From positions 3,296,001 through 3,360,000 of the forward strand of contig OY970342.1 of NCBI GenBank assembly GCA_963717505.1: a stretch of DNA of 64,000 bases, given 5' to 3'. The notes under the pieces were generated by a model, which searched no databases, was not told where the DNA came from, and was given only the letters and a program-made list of their open reading frames with translations. Origin of the DNA: Candidatus Eiseniibacteriota bacterium (GTDB lineage: Bacteria > Eisenbacteria > RBG-16-71-46). Shown here piece after piece: positions 1-10,524 of the stretch (position 1 is its first letter; each line of letters opens with the position of its first letter). The position numbers and the translations under genes are program-made.

Positions 1-1440
1 GACCATTCGGTCGCGCGAGGGATCGACAATCGCGGCATGATCGAGCCGCGCCGCCGGCAACGTTCCATTCGGAGCGGCGACCGTCCACGCCGGCGCGCCA
101 CCGAGTGGCAGGACATTGATCGCTCGAGTCGTCGGGTTGGTGGCCCCGCCATCGTTGCGATACCCACCGCTCTCGCCGCCGAAGACCACGATCCGGTCGC
201 GCGCCGCGTCGTGAACCGCAGACGAAGACAGAAGCCCGGTCGGCGACGCACCGGCCGGGGCCAACTCGCCCCAGGACTGGACGTCACCGAGGTCCAACGA
301 CCAGACGTCGCGTAGCGGCAGGTCGTTCCCGTCCTCGCCACCGTAGGCGACCATGCGTTCCCGCGCGGGGTCCAGAATCGCGACATGTCCGAATCGTGCG
401 ATCGGCGGCGCACCCGCCGGCGTGAGCGGCGCCCACGAGGGCTCGCCGTCGAGTGACATTGCCCAGGCTTCGACTGAAGCCCCGACGCTCTCGCCGCCGA
501 ACACCACCATCGTGTGCTGGATCGGGTCGTAGACCGCGGTGTGGGCCCAGCGCCCTGCGGGTGTGGATCCGGAGGGAGCGAGCTCAGTCCACGTCGGCAT
601 GGCATCGAGCGAGAGCTGCCACACGTCAGCGCGGTCGTTCCAACCCCCGTAGACGATCATCCGATCGCCTGCCGGATCCACGATCGCCGAATGATGATCA
701 CGACCCTCGGGACCTGTGCCCGACGGCGCCAGCTCGGTCCAGGTCGGCGTTCCCGAGAGGGTCAGCTCCCAGACGTCCTGAAGCGGGCCGTTGTTCCAAC
801 CACCGAAGACGATCATCCGGTTGCGCGCCGCGTCGATCACGGCGGTGTGCCCGCGCCGGATCAGAGGCGGCGTTCCGGCGGTGGTCACCGGAGTCCACGT
901 CGGCGGATCGGCGAGCGTCAGCGACCACAGGTCGGCGCCGCCACCAAACACAAGAATGCGATCGCCCGCGGGATCGTAAACCGCGCTGTGTCCCGAGAGC
1001 AGTCCCGGGGGCGAACCGCCCGGGGTCAGAGGCTGCCAGGCAGGATCATCGCCGAGCGCCAGAGCCCAGGCATCGCCGTAGCCGATTCCGGCCCACCAGT
1101 CCTCGCCACCGAGAACAACCATTCGATCACGGACCGGGTCGTGGATTGCCGCATGCCAGGAACGCTGCGCCGGAGTCGGCAGCAGGTTCCAGGAAACATC
1201 GCCCGCCGTCAGCGTCGAGGCTCGAAGACCACCCGATTCAGCCATCCGCAACGTGAACCCGCGTTCTGCCGGACGACCGAGGCGCGAGGCCAGCTCGCGA
1301 TTCCACCCCTCGTTCAGTACCTGGCGCGCGCGCGTGGGATCTGGCCCGGGTGACGCCACTCGGGCCGTCGCCACGCCAGTCGCGACCAACGTGGCGGCCA
1401 GAACCAGGGCACCGACCGAGCCGGAAGAATGGATGGTCAA
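1..1440 (-). CDS. Secreted kelch-repeat (galactose oxidase-like beta-propeller) protein, runs off the left edge
   Basis: Not in the ORF track because it has no stop in the window. Manual translation from TTG at 1440 (GGAG upstream) gives a signal-like N-terminus LTIHSSGSVGALVLAATLVA, then repeated R.gH.A.yDp..dRMiVfGG...DvW.L.L....W units. Confidence 0.85.
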   Translation of the reverse strand, partial: MTIHSSGSVGALVLAATLVATGVATARVASPGPDPTRARQVLNEGWNRELASRLGRPAERGFTLRMAESGGLRASTLTAGDVSWNLLPTPAQRSWHAAIHDPVRDRMVVLGGEDWWAGIGYGDAWALALGDDPAWQPLTPGGSPPGLLSGHSAVYDPAGDRILVFGGGADLWSLTLADPPTWTPVTTAGTPPLIRRGHTAVIDAARNRMIVFGGWNNGPLQDVWELTLSGTPTWTELAPSGTGPEGRDHHSAIVDPAGDRMIVYGGWNDRADVWQLSLDAMPTWTELAPSGSTPAGRWAHTAVYDPIQHTMVVFGGESVGASVEAWAMSLDGEPSWAPLTPAGAPPIARFGHVAILDPARERMVAYGGEDGNDLPLRDVWSLDLGDVQSWGELAPAGASPTGLLSSSAVHDAARDRIVVFGGESGGYRNDGGATNPTTRAINVLPLGGAPAWTVAAPNGTLPAARLDHAAIVDPSRDRMV

Positions 1441-1729
1441 CCGAGGTCTCCATGGGCGTCGGCTGGGCCGACAGTTTCCGAGTGACGTCTCGAATTCGTC
1501 TCCACCTCCAGAAAACACTGGAGCTGGAGCCCGCAAGTGATAGCTGGAACGTCGGATCACCAACACGACACGACTCCCTTCGCGGCGCGCGTGATGCGCA
1601 AGTGCGAGCACCGGGCAGTGCGATCGAGGAAGCGCAGTCGAGGAGGTTTACGCTTTAGCGCCGGTGGACGCGCAATTCAAGGGAGTAGGGGCAAGATCCG
1701 GGCCGTGCTCCATGCCCGAAATTAGGCGG

Positions 1730-3067
1730 CTACGCGTCGGTCTGGAGTCCGAGCTTGCGCAGCTTTTTGTACAAATGACTGCGCTCGATTCCCAATTTCT
1801 CCGCGGCGCGCGTGACGTTGCCACCCGCCGCCTCGAGGGCGCGTTCGATCTGCTCGCGCTCGAACCGGCGCATCGTGTCGGCGAGTCGACCGGACTCCTC
1901 GGTCGCGGGCTCGGCGGCGGACGGCAGGACGGCGCGTACCTCGGCCGCGCTGATGGCGGGCCCGCGGCTCATGATCGCCAGCCGTTCGACCAGATTCCTC
2001 AATTCCCGGACGTTGCCCGGAAATCGGTAGCCCGCGAACACCGCCATCGCCTCCGGCGCGAAGGCGCGGGCCGCACTCGGGACATCGCGCGCAACCTGCG
2101 CCAGGAAATGCTCGACCAGGAGCGGCACATCCTCGCGCCGATCACGTAGCGGGGGCACTGTCAACGGGATCACCGCCAGACGGAAATAGAGATCCTCGCG
2201 AAAAGCTCCCGTCTGTGCGGCAGCCGACAGATCGCGATTGGTCGCCGAGACGACGCGGACGTCGACCCGCACGCCGCGACTGCCGCCGACCCGGGTGAGC
2301 TCGCCTTCCTGGAGGACCCGCAGCAGCTTGGTCTGCGCGCGCGGGCTCAGGTCGGCGACCTCGTCGAGGAACAGCGTGCCGCCGTCGGCTTCCTCGAACC
2401 GGCCGCGACGTGCTTGAGTGGCGCCAGTAAATGACCCGCGTTCGTGGCCGAACAGCTCGGATTCGATCAGCTCCTCGGGAATCGCCGAGCAGTTGACGGC
2501 GATGAACGGACGGTCGCGCCGAGGACTCGCCTGATGGAGCCCGCGCGCGACCAGCTCCTTGCCGGTCCCGTGCTCGCCCTGGATCAGGACGCGAGCCGAC
2601 GTCGGGCCGATCCGTTCGATGTCGGTGATCAGGGCCCGAAGCGCCGGCGATCGCCCGATGATCCCGCTGATGCGCGACTTCCGCAGCCGACGATTCTCCG
2701 ACTGGAGCGCGCGGGCTTCGCCTGCGTTGCGGAGCAGGACCAGCAGGCGATCGAGCCCGATCGGCTTCTCGAGGAAGTCGTAGGCCCCGAGCCTCGTCGC
2801 CCGCACGGCGGCTTCGATGCTCGCCTGACCCGACATCATGATCACCACCGTTTCGGGCGCGGCCGCCGCGATTTCAGCCAGCAGATCGAGCCCATTGCCG
2901 CTCGGAAACGAGACGTCGAGCAACACGAAGTCATAGGCTTCGCGCAGCATCGGCCGAGCCTCGTCGGGCGAGGACGCGACCTCGACCTGAAAACCCTCAC
3001 GACCGAGGGCCCCAGCCAGGCTCGAACGGATCCCGGGTACGTCGTCGACCACCAGAATCGTAGGCAC
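1730..3067 (-). CDS. Sigma54-dependent response regulator (NtrC/NtrX family: REC-AAA+-Fis HTH)
   Basis: ILVVDD receiver, GEHGTGKE Walker A, GSFTGA, FLDEV, FPGNVRELRN and C-terminal HTH; start trimmed to GTG 3067. Confidence 0.95.
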   Translation of the reverse strand: MPTILVVDDVPGIRSSLAGALGREGFQVEVASSPDEARPMLREAYDFVLLDVSFPSGNGLDLLAEIAAAAPETVVIMMSGQASIEAAVRATRLGAYDFLEKPIGLDRLLVLLRNAGEARALQSENRRLRKSRISGIIGRSPALRALITDIERIGPTSARVLIQGEHGTGKELVARGLHQASPRRDRPFIAVNCSAIPEELIESELFGHERGSFTGATQARRGRFEEADGGTLFLDEVADLSPRAQTKLLRVLQEGELTRVGGSRGVRVDVRVVSATNRDLSAAAQTGAFREDLYFRLAVIPLTVPPLRDRREDVPLLVEHFLAQVARDVPSAARAFAPEAMAVFAGYRFPGNVRELRNLVERLAIMSRGPAISAAEVRAVLPSAAEPATEESGRLADTMRRFEREQIERALEAAGGNVTRAAEKLGIERSHLYKKLRKLGLQTDA

Positions 3068-3069
3068 GT

Positions 3070-4746
3070 TCAGTTCCCGCGCTCGACCGGAAGCAGGAGG
3101 CGCACCGTGGTCCCGCGCCCCGGAGCCGAGTCGACTTCGATCGATCCGCCGTGGTCGTTCACGATCCGATCGACGATCGCGAGCCCGAGTCCACGACCTT
3201 GCCCCTTGCTCGAGAAGGTCGGGACGAACATGCGCGAGCGTGCCGCCGCGTCGAGACCCGGGCCGTTGTCGGTGACCGCGATGCGCACTTGGTGATCCTC
3301 GGTCCACGCCGAGACGCGCACACGACCGGTGTCGTCGACGGCCTCGAACGCGTTCTTCAAGAGATTGATCACCGCTTGCCGGATCTGAGCACGATCGCCC
3401 CAATAGACCGGCTCGGCCTTGAGATCCGCGAACGCCAGCCGGCCGGACTGGAGCTCGGCGCCATACAGCATCCGCAAGTCGGCGAGCAGTTCCGAAACGC
3501 GCGACCGGGCGAACTGAGGTTCGGGGAGGCTGCCGAGTTCCGAGAACTCGTCGAGCATGTGCTTGAGCGACTGCACCTCTTCGTCGACGGTGCGCACGGC
3601 CTGGTCCAGGATCGCGGGGAAATCGGAGCGCTTCTGATCGAACGAGCGCTTGAGGTCGGCGATCGACACCGCAATCGGGGTCAATGGGTTCTTGACTTCA
3701 TGCGCCACCATGCGCGCCATGGTGCTCCAGGCCGCGTGACGTTCGCTGGCCACCAGACGCCGGCGGTAGCCGTGCAGATCGGACCGCATGCGCTCGAGAG
3801 CGGTCACCAGGGTCTCGAGTTCGCGGAAGCTCTTCACTGCCAGCGGCTCATCCCATTCGCCGCGCGCAACCCGCTCCGAGAACGCGGCCAGTCGCTCGAC
3901 CGGGCGCGATACCTGTGCGGACCACAAAACCGCGAGCACCACGGCCAGCGCCACCGCGAGTAGGCCGAGCAGGGCCGACGTGGTGCGCAGCGCCGCGATC
4001 GTCTGCTCGGCTGGCCGCGTCGACGCGTGACCGGTGAGCGTGGCCTGGGCGCCCGTGCCACCGACGGCGACGCTCCGGCTCAGGAAGCCAGGCGGAGCGC
4101 TACCGCCCGCCGTCGTGTCGATGGGCAACGTCGACGCCACCGGTCCGACCGAATCCGCGAGCACCAGGTCGAGACCACTGGTTCGCTTCAGACGGTCGAG
4201 GTAGGTCTCGTCGAGCACGACGCCCCCGCGCAGGAATCCCGCCCGCTGATTCTGGTAGAGGATCGGAGTGTCGACGAACAGCGCCAGGGCCGGGCGATCG
4301 TCGAGCCGGCGCGTGCTGGGGACGTTGTCCCGGCGAGGCCGGAACTGGCTCCGGGCGGGCTGATCGGTCCCGTCGATCAATACGCCGACGGCGAGCGCCG
4401 CGTCGGAAACGACTCTTCCTGTCGTATCCGAGATGCGCAGGAAATCCAGGTCCAGCAGGAAGCGCTGCTCGGCGAGATGGTCGGCGAGGTCGCGCGGCGA
4501 CGATCCGACGAGATAGAGCCGCCTCAGCTCGGGGTCGCGCGCGAGGATCCGGACCTTGTCGGTGATTCTCACGGCTTCGGCGTCGATTTGCTCTTCGAGG
4601 ACGGCGAGGGCCGAGTTCAGGCGCTCCTCGGCTTGCCTCCGCACGGTGTCCTGGATGCGCAGGGACATGAAGTAGAGCGCTGCCGCCAGCGGCACGATGG
4701 CCGCCAGGGAGATTCCGAAGATCAGGCGCGAACGCAGGGATCTCAT
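3070..4746 (-). CDS. HAMP-domain sensor histidine kinase (NtrY-like)
   Basis: Two TM segments, HAMP, H-box AHEVKNPLTPI, N-box NLLKNA, DNGPG, GLGLAI; ATG overlaps the upstream stop. Confidence 0.93.
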   Translation of the reverse strand: MRSLRSRLIFGISLAAIVPLAAALYFMSLRIQDTVRRQAEERLNSALAVLEEQIDAEAVRITDKVRILARDPELRRLYLVGSSPRDLADHLAEQRFLLDLDFLRISDTTGRVVSDAALAVGVLIDGTDQPARSQFRPRRDNVPSTRRLDDRPALALFVDTPILYQNQRAGFLRGGVVLDETYLDRLKRTSGLDLVLADSVGPVASTLPIDTTAGGSAPPGFLSRSVAVGGTGAQATLTGHASTRPAEQTIAALRTTSALLGLLAVALAVVLAVLWSAQVSRPVERLAAFSERVARGEWDEPLAVKSFRELETLVTALERMRSDLHGYRRRLVASERHAAWSTMARMVAHEVKNPLTPIAVSIADLKRSFDQKRSDFPAILDQAVRTVDEEVQSLKHMLDEFSELGSLPEPQFARSRVSELLADLRMLYGAELQSGRLAFADLKAEPVYWGDRAQIRQAVINLLKNAFEAVDDTGRVRVSAWTEDHQVRIAVTDNGPGLDAAARSRMFVPTFSSKGQGRGLGLAIVDRIVNDHGGSIEVDSAPGRGTTVRLLLPVERGN

Positions 4747-5879
4747 CGCGGATTCCCGGTGGGGAGGCAGACGTTCATGTTGGCGAAGTGATAGGCGCCA
4801 AGCCTCGTGACCAGCGCGTGCAGCCCGCGCCTGGGGACCACGGCGCAACGGATTGCGAACACCGGCATGGCGTCCAAGACGAAAAGGGAGTCGGGGACCA
4901 CGGATCCACCCCAGGCGACGTGCCGGTCCACGTACGTAAGGCGCCGGCGAAATTCCGCGGGCCGCTCGGCCCCACGGTTGAGAAACCGCCCGATCGTCGC
5001 GTGTCCGGGCATGGTGCTGTCGACGGCGATGCTCCACAGGGTGTCGTGGGGAGCGACGTTTCCCGGCCCACCCGGCCAGGGCAGAAGGTCGCCTCGAAAC
5101 AGCTGCTCGTTGAGCTCGGAAAAGACCCGCAGCGGCGCCCCGGCGAACAGGACCACACCGCGATCGCGCACCGTCAATACGACGCCCTGGTCCAGGTTCC
5201 TTCGTGCCGCCGGTGACAACTCGCCCGGCCAGAAAACACCAACGTCCAGGTCGCCGCGCTCGAGCGCAATCTCCTGGTCGGCTGCGTCGTCGAAACGCCG
5301 AACGATCAGGGTATCCGGCCAGCCACCGAGGAGCTGCGGGTCGCCCACGAAGCGACTCGATCCGTCCTGAAGGGTCTCGATCGACTCCGCGTAAGCCGGA
5401 CTGACGGGTGGTCGCAGGGAAGGCTCGGCGCAGGCGAACAACAGGCTCGGTCTACGAGCGGATGGAAACCCGATCCGGAGAACCGTGGGCCTGGTCGAGA
5501 GTGGCGCTTCCGCCAGCGTTCGGATTCGATCCAGTTTCTTGATCTTGCCGAGCGAACCCGAAGTCAGCGCAGCCACCGCCAATCCATCCTGGAACGACCG
5601 CAGCACGGTTCCGGTTGCCGCTGTCTTGCCGCGGTACTGAAACGTGAGGCGCGCGCCATCGATCAGCGCCGTCGAGTCCGCAGGCGCTGCCAACAGGTAG
5701 ACGCGGTTCTCGCGCACCGCGATCACAGTCGCGTTCACTTCGCGCGGTTGGGCGTCGGCGGAACGTGCGAGCGCGAAGAACCCGAGCAGCGTGAACCGGA
5801 AGAGGGGCCACCAGCCCGGGCGGTGCGAAGGTCGTTCCGGGTGTGTCCGAAACGGCAACCACCGCGTCAATGAAGCCAC
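4743..5879 (-). CDS. Putative periplasmic protein, co-transcribed with the two-component pair (possible accessory sensor or solute-binding-like)
   Basis: Open frame with a signal-like FRFTLLGFFALARSADA; stop overlaps the kinase start. Start uncertain; the ORF-track extension to 6185 runs through a promoter region. Confidence 0.6.
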   Translation of the reverse strand: MASLTRWLPFRTHPERPSHRPGWWPLFRFTLLGFFALARSADAQPREVNATVIAVRENRVYLLAAPADSTALIDGARLTFQYRGKTAATGTVLRSFQDGLAVAALTSGSLGKIKKLDRIRTLAEAPLSTRPTVLRIGFPSARRPSLLFACAEPSLRPPVSPAYAESIETLQDGSSRFVGDPQLLGGWPDTLIVRRFDDAADQEIALERGDLDVGVFWPGELSPAARRNLDQGVVLTVRDRGVVLFAGAPLRVFSELNEQLFRGDLLPWPGGPGNVAPHDTLWSIAVDSTMPGHATIGRFLNRGAERPAEFRRRLTYVDRHVAWGGSVVPDSLFVLDAMPVFAIRCAVVPRRGLHALVTRLGAYHFANMNVCLPTGNPR

Positions 5880-5943
5880 ATGGTCTCGAATGGCCGAATT
5901 CCTCGCGTCCCGAATGGGGTCGAGGTTGGGTTTCGGCACACAC

Positions 5944-6040
5944 CGTGTCAAGCATGACACGCCTGGTTCGTGTGTGTTTCGAGGCACGTCCTGCAACCTA
6001 TTGGCAGTCATGGATATGCGTGTGCGGCACGGGCATTGAT
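5944..6040 (+). promoter_or_regulatory. Putative sigma54 promoter with enhancer palindrome and IHF-like site, driving the lipoprotein at 6146
   Basis: Perfect inverted repeat CGTGTCA-N4-TGACACG (5944-5961), CAA-N4-TTG (about 5994-6003) and CGGCACG-GGCA-TTGAT (GG 6026-27, N10, GA 6038-39). Confidence 0.55.
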
Positions 6041-6145
6041 CTAGTGAGCTAGAGAAGCGTCGCTTGGACGCCGAATGTTCGCCGCCACCGCATCCCGGCG
6101 CGGAACCGCGAACCCATGAGCTCGATGCCGGAAAGGAGATGGACC

Positions 6146-6724
6146 ATGAAGTTCGCTCACCAGAATTCCCTGTCCCTCGCGGCACTCGCCCTGACCGCGA
6201 TCATCGCGGCCGGCTGCGGCAGCTCGAGCCGCAAGAGCACGACCGAGGATGCCGGCGCAAAAGTCCAGGAGACACCCGTAGCCGAGAATGAAGCGACCTA
6301 TGCGACGTATCGACACGACGAGGCCGGCGACGTGGATCCGGCCTCGGGTGAAGTGAAGTCGCAGATTCCGATGGCCCGCTCGGGCGATCCGCAGCCTCCG
6401 GACGTCGAGGTCACGCTGTCGGACACTTCGGTTCAGCGGCGCGATCGGGTGGACGTCACCGCTCGCACCACCGCCGATGCGGTCGAGGTCGTCCTGTTTG
6501 ACGGCATCGGCGAGAAGCAGGCGCTCACCTACGACGAGTCGGCGAACGTGTGGCGTGGCTCCTACCGGGTTCCGCTGCGGGCGCCGGACCGGCATGGACT
6601 GTCCGTGACGGCAAAAGACGGGTCGAACCGGTGGCGCCGCGTCTGGGCGTTCCTCGACCTCACCGAGCAGCAGCCGGCGGCCGCGGTGGATTCGTCTTCC
6701 ATGTCCGGGGAAGTCTCCAAGTAG
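6146..6724 (+). CDS. Lipoprotein with an Ig-like C-terminal domain
   Basis: AAGGAG RBS, lipobox IAAGC, beta-rich C-terminal part. Confidence 0.75.
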   Translation: MKFAHQNSLSLAALALTAIIAAGCGSSSRKSTTEDAGAKVQETPVAENEATYATYRHDEAGDVDPASGEVKSQIPMARSGDPQPPDVEVTLSDTSVQRRDRVDVTARTTADAVEVVLFDGIGEKQALTYDESANVWRGSYRVPLRAPDRHGLSVTAKDGSNRWRRVWAFLDLTEQQPAAAVDSSSMSGEVSK

Positions 6725-6840
6725 CGCTACGCAGCCGCACCGAGAGCCGGGCAGGGCACGACGCTCTGCCCGGTTTGGCGCAGGTGGAGGAGCATTGCGG
6801 GCGTACACTCCAGCCTGCCCGACAAACAGGAGGCCGCGTC

Positions 6841-7668
6841 ATGAACCGCATGGTCCGTTGGCCAGCCGTTTCGTTCCTCTCGTTGACGGCCGCGCTTTGG
6901 TGGCAGGCCGCCGAGGCCAAACCCAATCTTGGGAAGAAGCTCCTTTCGGCGGCGCTGAAAGGCGACACCGAGAATGTGCAGGCGCTCCTTGCCAAGGGGG
7001 CGGACCCCAACTACACCGACGCCGAGGGATGTACGCCGCTCATCGTTGCCGCCGGTGGCTGCGCCAGCGCGGCAAATATCGACGCGAAGGGTCGCATCAC
7101 GTACACCGCCGTCGCGAGCGCAGGGACCGACGAGATGGTCCGCGCATTGCTCGTGGCCGGAGCCCATGTGGACGTCGCGAACCCTCGTGGAGTCACGGCC
7201 CTCATGCACGCTGCCCTGTATGGGCGCATGGAGGCCGTCCGCGCCCTGCTCGAAGCCGGTGCCAATCCCAATCTCAGGGATTCGGTGGGTTTGTCGGCAC
7301 TTCACCAGGCCGCACGCGAGGGCAAGACGGAGGTCGTAGGCCTGCTGCTCAAGAAGGGTGCGACGGTCGATGCCCAAGCCATCACGCGGGTCACGCCACT
7401 CGGACTGGCGGCCTTTGGCGGGTTCGTGGAAGTCATGAGTGCATTGGTCGGCGCGGGAGCCGACGTCATGGCCCGAGACTTTGGCGGCAACACGGCGCTA
7501 TCCAATGCGGCGTACGCCGGCCAGGCTGCTGCGGCTTCGTGGCTGCTCGACCACGGGGCTGAAATCAACTCGCGGGACGTGAACGGGCAGACGGCCCTTT
7601 CCGTGGCGAGGAAACGAGGCCACCAGGATGTCGCCGCATTGATCGAATCCAGGGGCGGCACCGAGTAG
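6841..7668 (+). CDS. Secreted ankyrin-repeat protein
   Basis: AGGAGG RBS, signal peptide, multiple G.TpL..Aa..G...v..LL..GAdvn repeats. Confidence 0.92.
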   Translation: MNRMVRWPAVSFLSLTAALWWQAAEAKPNLGKKLLSAALKGDTENVQALLAKGADPNYTDAEGCTPLIVAAGGCASAANIDAKGRITYTAVASAGTDEMVRALLVAGAHVDVANPRGVTALMHAALYGRMEAVRALLEAGANPNLRDSVGLSALHQAAREGKTEVVGLLLKKGATVDAQAITRVTPLGLAAFGGFVEVMSALVGAGADVMARDFGGNTALSNAAYAGQAAAASWLLDHGAEINSRDVNGQTALSVARKRGHQDVAALIESRGGTE

Positions 7669-7757
7669 ATGGCCGAGGCCCGTTTCGAGTCGGGCGTTCC
7701 AGAGGCGGGAACTCTCATTGCCGACCCCCCGGTCGGCTCCCTACACTGCGCGGCTCC

Positions 7758-8946
7758 ATGCTCAAGACCTCGCCCTTCCATGCCCGCACCGCACCTCTGG
7801 TTCGCGCACAGACTTGGCGGCGTTGGGCCGGCCACCAGATGGCGAGCGCCTACGAGCCGCACCCGGACCGCGAATACGCGGCGATCCGCAACGCAGCGGC
7901 GCTGATCGACGTCTCGCCGCTCTACAAGTACGTGATCTCGGGTCGCGACGCCGGCCGCCTGCTCGACCGGATGATCACCCGCGACCTGACCAAGCTCAAG
8001 ATCGGGCAGGTCTATTACACGCCGTGGTGCGACAGCGCCGGCAAAGTGATCGACGACGGCACGGTCACCCGGCTCGCCGAATCCAGCTACCGCCTGACCA
8101 GCGCCGATTCATCGTTGCGCTGGCTGCACCTGAACGGGGCGGGGATGGAGGTCGCGATCGAGGACGTCTCGGACCGACTGGGCGCCCTCTCGCTCCAGGG
8201 TCCGTTGTCGCGCGCAATCCTCGAACGCGTGTCGCCGGTTGATCTCGGCAAGCTCGCCTACTTCCGAATGGTCGCGACCACGGTGCGCGACCTGCCGGTC
8301 ACCCTGTCGCGCACCGGCTACACCGGAGACCTGGGCTACGAGATCTGGGTCGAGCGCGAGCGGGCGGTCGGGTTGTGGGACGCGCTGATCGACGCGGGAG
8401 CGGGCTACGGCATCACCCCGTGCGGCATCTGGGCGATGGACATCGCGCGCATCGAAGCCGGGCTGATCATGCTCGACGTCGACTACTTCTCGGCGCACCA
8501 CGCATTGATCGAGGCGCGCAAGTCCTCGCCGTTCGAGATCAACCTCGGCTGGGCGGTGAGCAAGGGTAAGGGCCCGTACAACGGCCGGCGCGCACTCGAA
8601 GCGGAGCGCGCGCGCGGCGCGGCCTGGGGATTCGTCGGGCTCGAGATCGACTGGGAGTCGTTCGAGCGGCTGTTCGCGGCGCACGGCCTGCCGCCGCAGA
8701 TTTCGAACGTCGCCTGGCGCGCCAGTGCGCCCATCTATCGCGACGGCGCCCAAATCGGCTACGCGACCAGCGGCTGCTGGTCGCCATTGCTCAAGAAGCC
8801 GCTGGCGCTTGGCGCACGTCATGGCGCCGCACCACCGGCCGGGCACGCGGGTGCGCATGGAGATCACTGTCGAGCACCGTCGCGAGCGGGCCGACGCCGT
8901 GGTCCGCGCGCTGCCGTTCTACGATCCGGAGCGCAAGAAGGCATGA
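7758..8946 (+). CDS. Aminomethyltransferase family (GcvT-like, folate-binding) protein, apparent frameshift near 8811
   Basis: LKTSPFH, IDVSPLYK, LSRTGYTGDLGYEIW, ARIEAG; C-terminus (LAHV...LPFYDPERKKA) lies in the frame of ORF 8725..8946. Confidence 0.88.
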
Positions 8947-10524
8947 CGCCCCGCTACGACGCGATCGTGATCGGCGGCGGCCACAACGGTCTGGTCGCCG
9001 CCGCCTACCTGGCGCGCGCCGGCCGCAAGACGCTGGTGCTCGAACGCCGGCCGCTGGTCGGCGGCGCCGCGGTCACCGAGGAAGTGTTCCCGGGTTTCAA
9101 GTTCTCGGTGTTCTCGTACGTGGTCAGCCTGCTCCGGCCCGAGATCATTCGCGATCTCGACTTGCCGCGACACGGGCTGCAGATCCTGCCGCTCGAGAGC
9201 ACGATCACGCCTCTCGAGAACGGCGACTACCTGGCCTCGTGGGCGGATCCCGACGAGACCCGGCGTGAGTTGTGCCGCCATTCGACGCGCGACGCCGACG
9301 CCGCCGTCGTGTTCGGCCGCCTGATGCACCACATGGCGATGGCGGTGAAACCGATCCTCGGCATGGTGCCACCCGATCCGGCGTCGCTCTCGCCGGCGGA
9401 TCTCGCCGGACTCCTGAGGCTGGGCGGACATTTCCGCTCGCTCGGCGCCGAGCGCTTCCACGCGCTCCACAAGCTGATGACCATGAGCAGCGCCGACTAC
9501 CTCGACGAGTGGTTCGAGTTCGATCCGCTCAAGGCGACCAAGTCGGCGAGCGGCATCATCGGCACCTTCCTGGGGCCGCGCTCGCCCGGGTCGGCCTACG
9601 TGCTGCTGCACCACTACATGGGGGAGATCGACGGCGCCTTCCGCGCCTGGGGCTTCCAGAAGGGCGGAACCGGCGGGATCAGCAATGCGATCGCCGGGGC
9701 GGCGCGTTCGTTCGGGGTCGACATTCGCACCGGGGCGTCGGTCGAGCGCGTGGTCGTGCGGAGCGGACGCGCGACCGGCGTGGCGCTGACCAGCGGCGAG
9801 GAGATCCCGGCGCGCCTCGTGGTTTCGGGGCTCGACCCGCGGCTGACTTTCACGCGTCTGGTGGATCCGCGCGACCTGCCGGGTGATCTGGTCGACGGCA
9901 TCGATCGCTACAAGTTCCGCGGCTCCTCGGGGAAGGTGAACCTCGCGCTCTCGGGGCTCCCGGACTTCACCTGCCTGCCCGGGCACGGACCGCACCTGCG
10001 GGGTGCCTTCTCGATCAGCCCGAGCGTCGAGTACCTCGAGCGCGCCTACGACGATGCCAAGTACGGCGAGTTCTCGCGCCACCCGTACATGGACATCGTG
10101 ATTCCCTCGATGATCGACCCAGGCATGGCCCCACCTGGGAAGCACGTGATGAGCATCTTCGTCCAGTACGCGCCCTATCACCTGAACGGCGGCTGGAACG
10201 ACGCGCGCCGCGAAGCGTTCGGCGACACCGTGGTGCAGCACGCTGGCGCGCTACGCACCCAACATCGAATCGCTGATCCTGCACCGCCAGGTGCTGACCC
10301 CGCACGACATCGAGCGCATCACCGGGCTGTCCGAGGGCAACATCTTCCAGGGCGAGCTGGCGCTCCAGCAGTTGTTCTTCCTGCGCCCGGTGCCGAAGTG
10401 GGCGAAGTACCGCACGCCGATCCACGGCTACTGGCAGTGCGGCGCCGGCACACATCCGGGCGGCGGCATCATGGGCGCGTCGGGACGGCTGGCGGCGCTC
10501 GAAATGCTGCGGGCGTCGTCGTGA
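8943..10524 (+). CDS. Phytoene dehydrogenase-like FAD-dependent oxidoreductase (subunit 1), apparent frameshift near 10236
   Basis: YDAIVIGGGHNGL Rossmann motif; C-terminus YRTPIHGYWQCGAGTHPGGGIMGASG in ORF 10291..10524; ATGA overlap with the upstream gene. Confidence 0.88.

Noticed and set aside
37-1353. Plus-strand ORFs with periodic sequence
   Set aside because: Antisense shadows of the minus-strand kelch-repeat gene.
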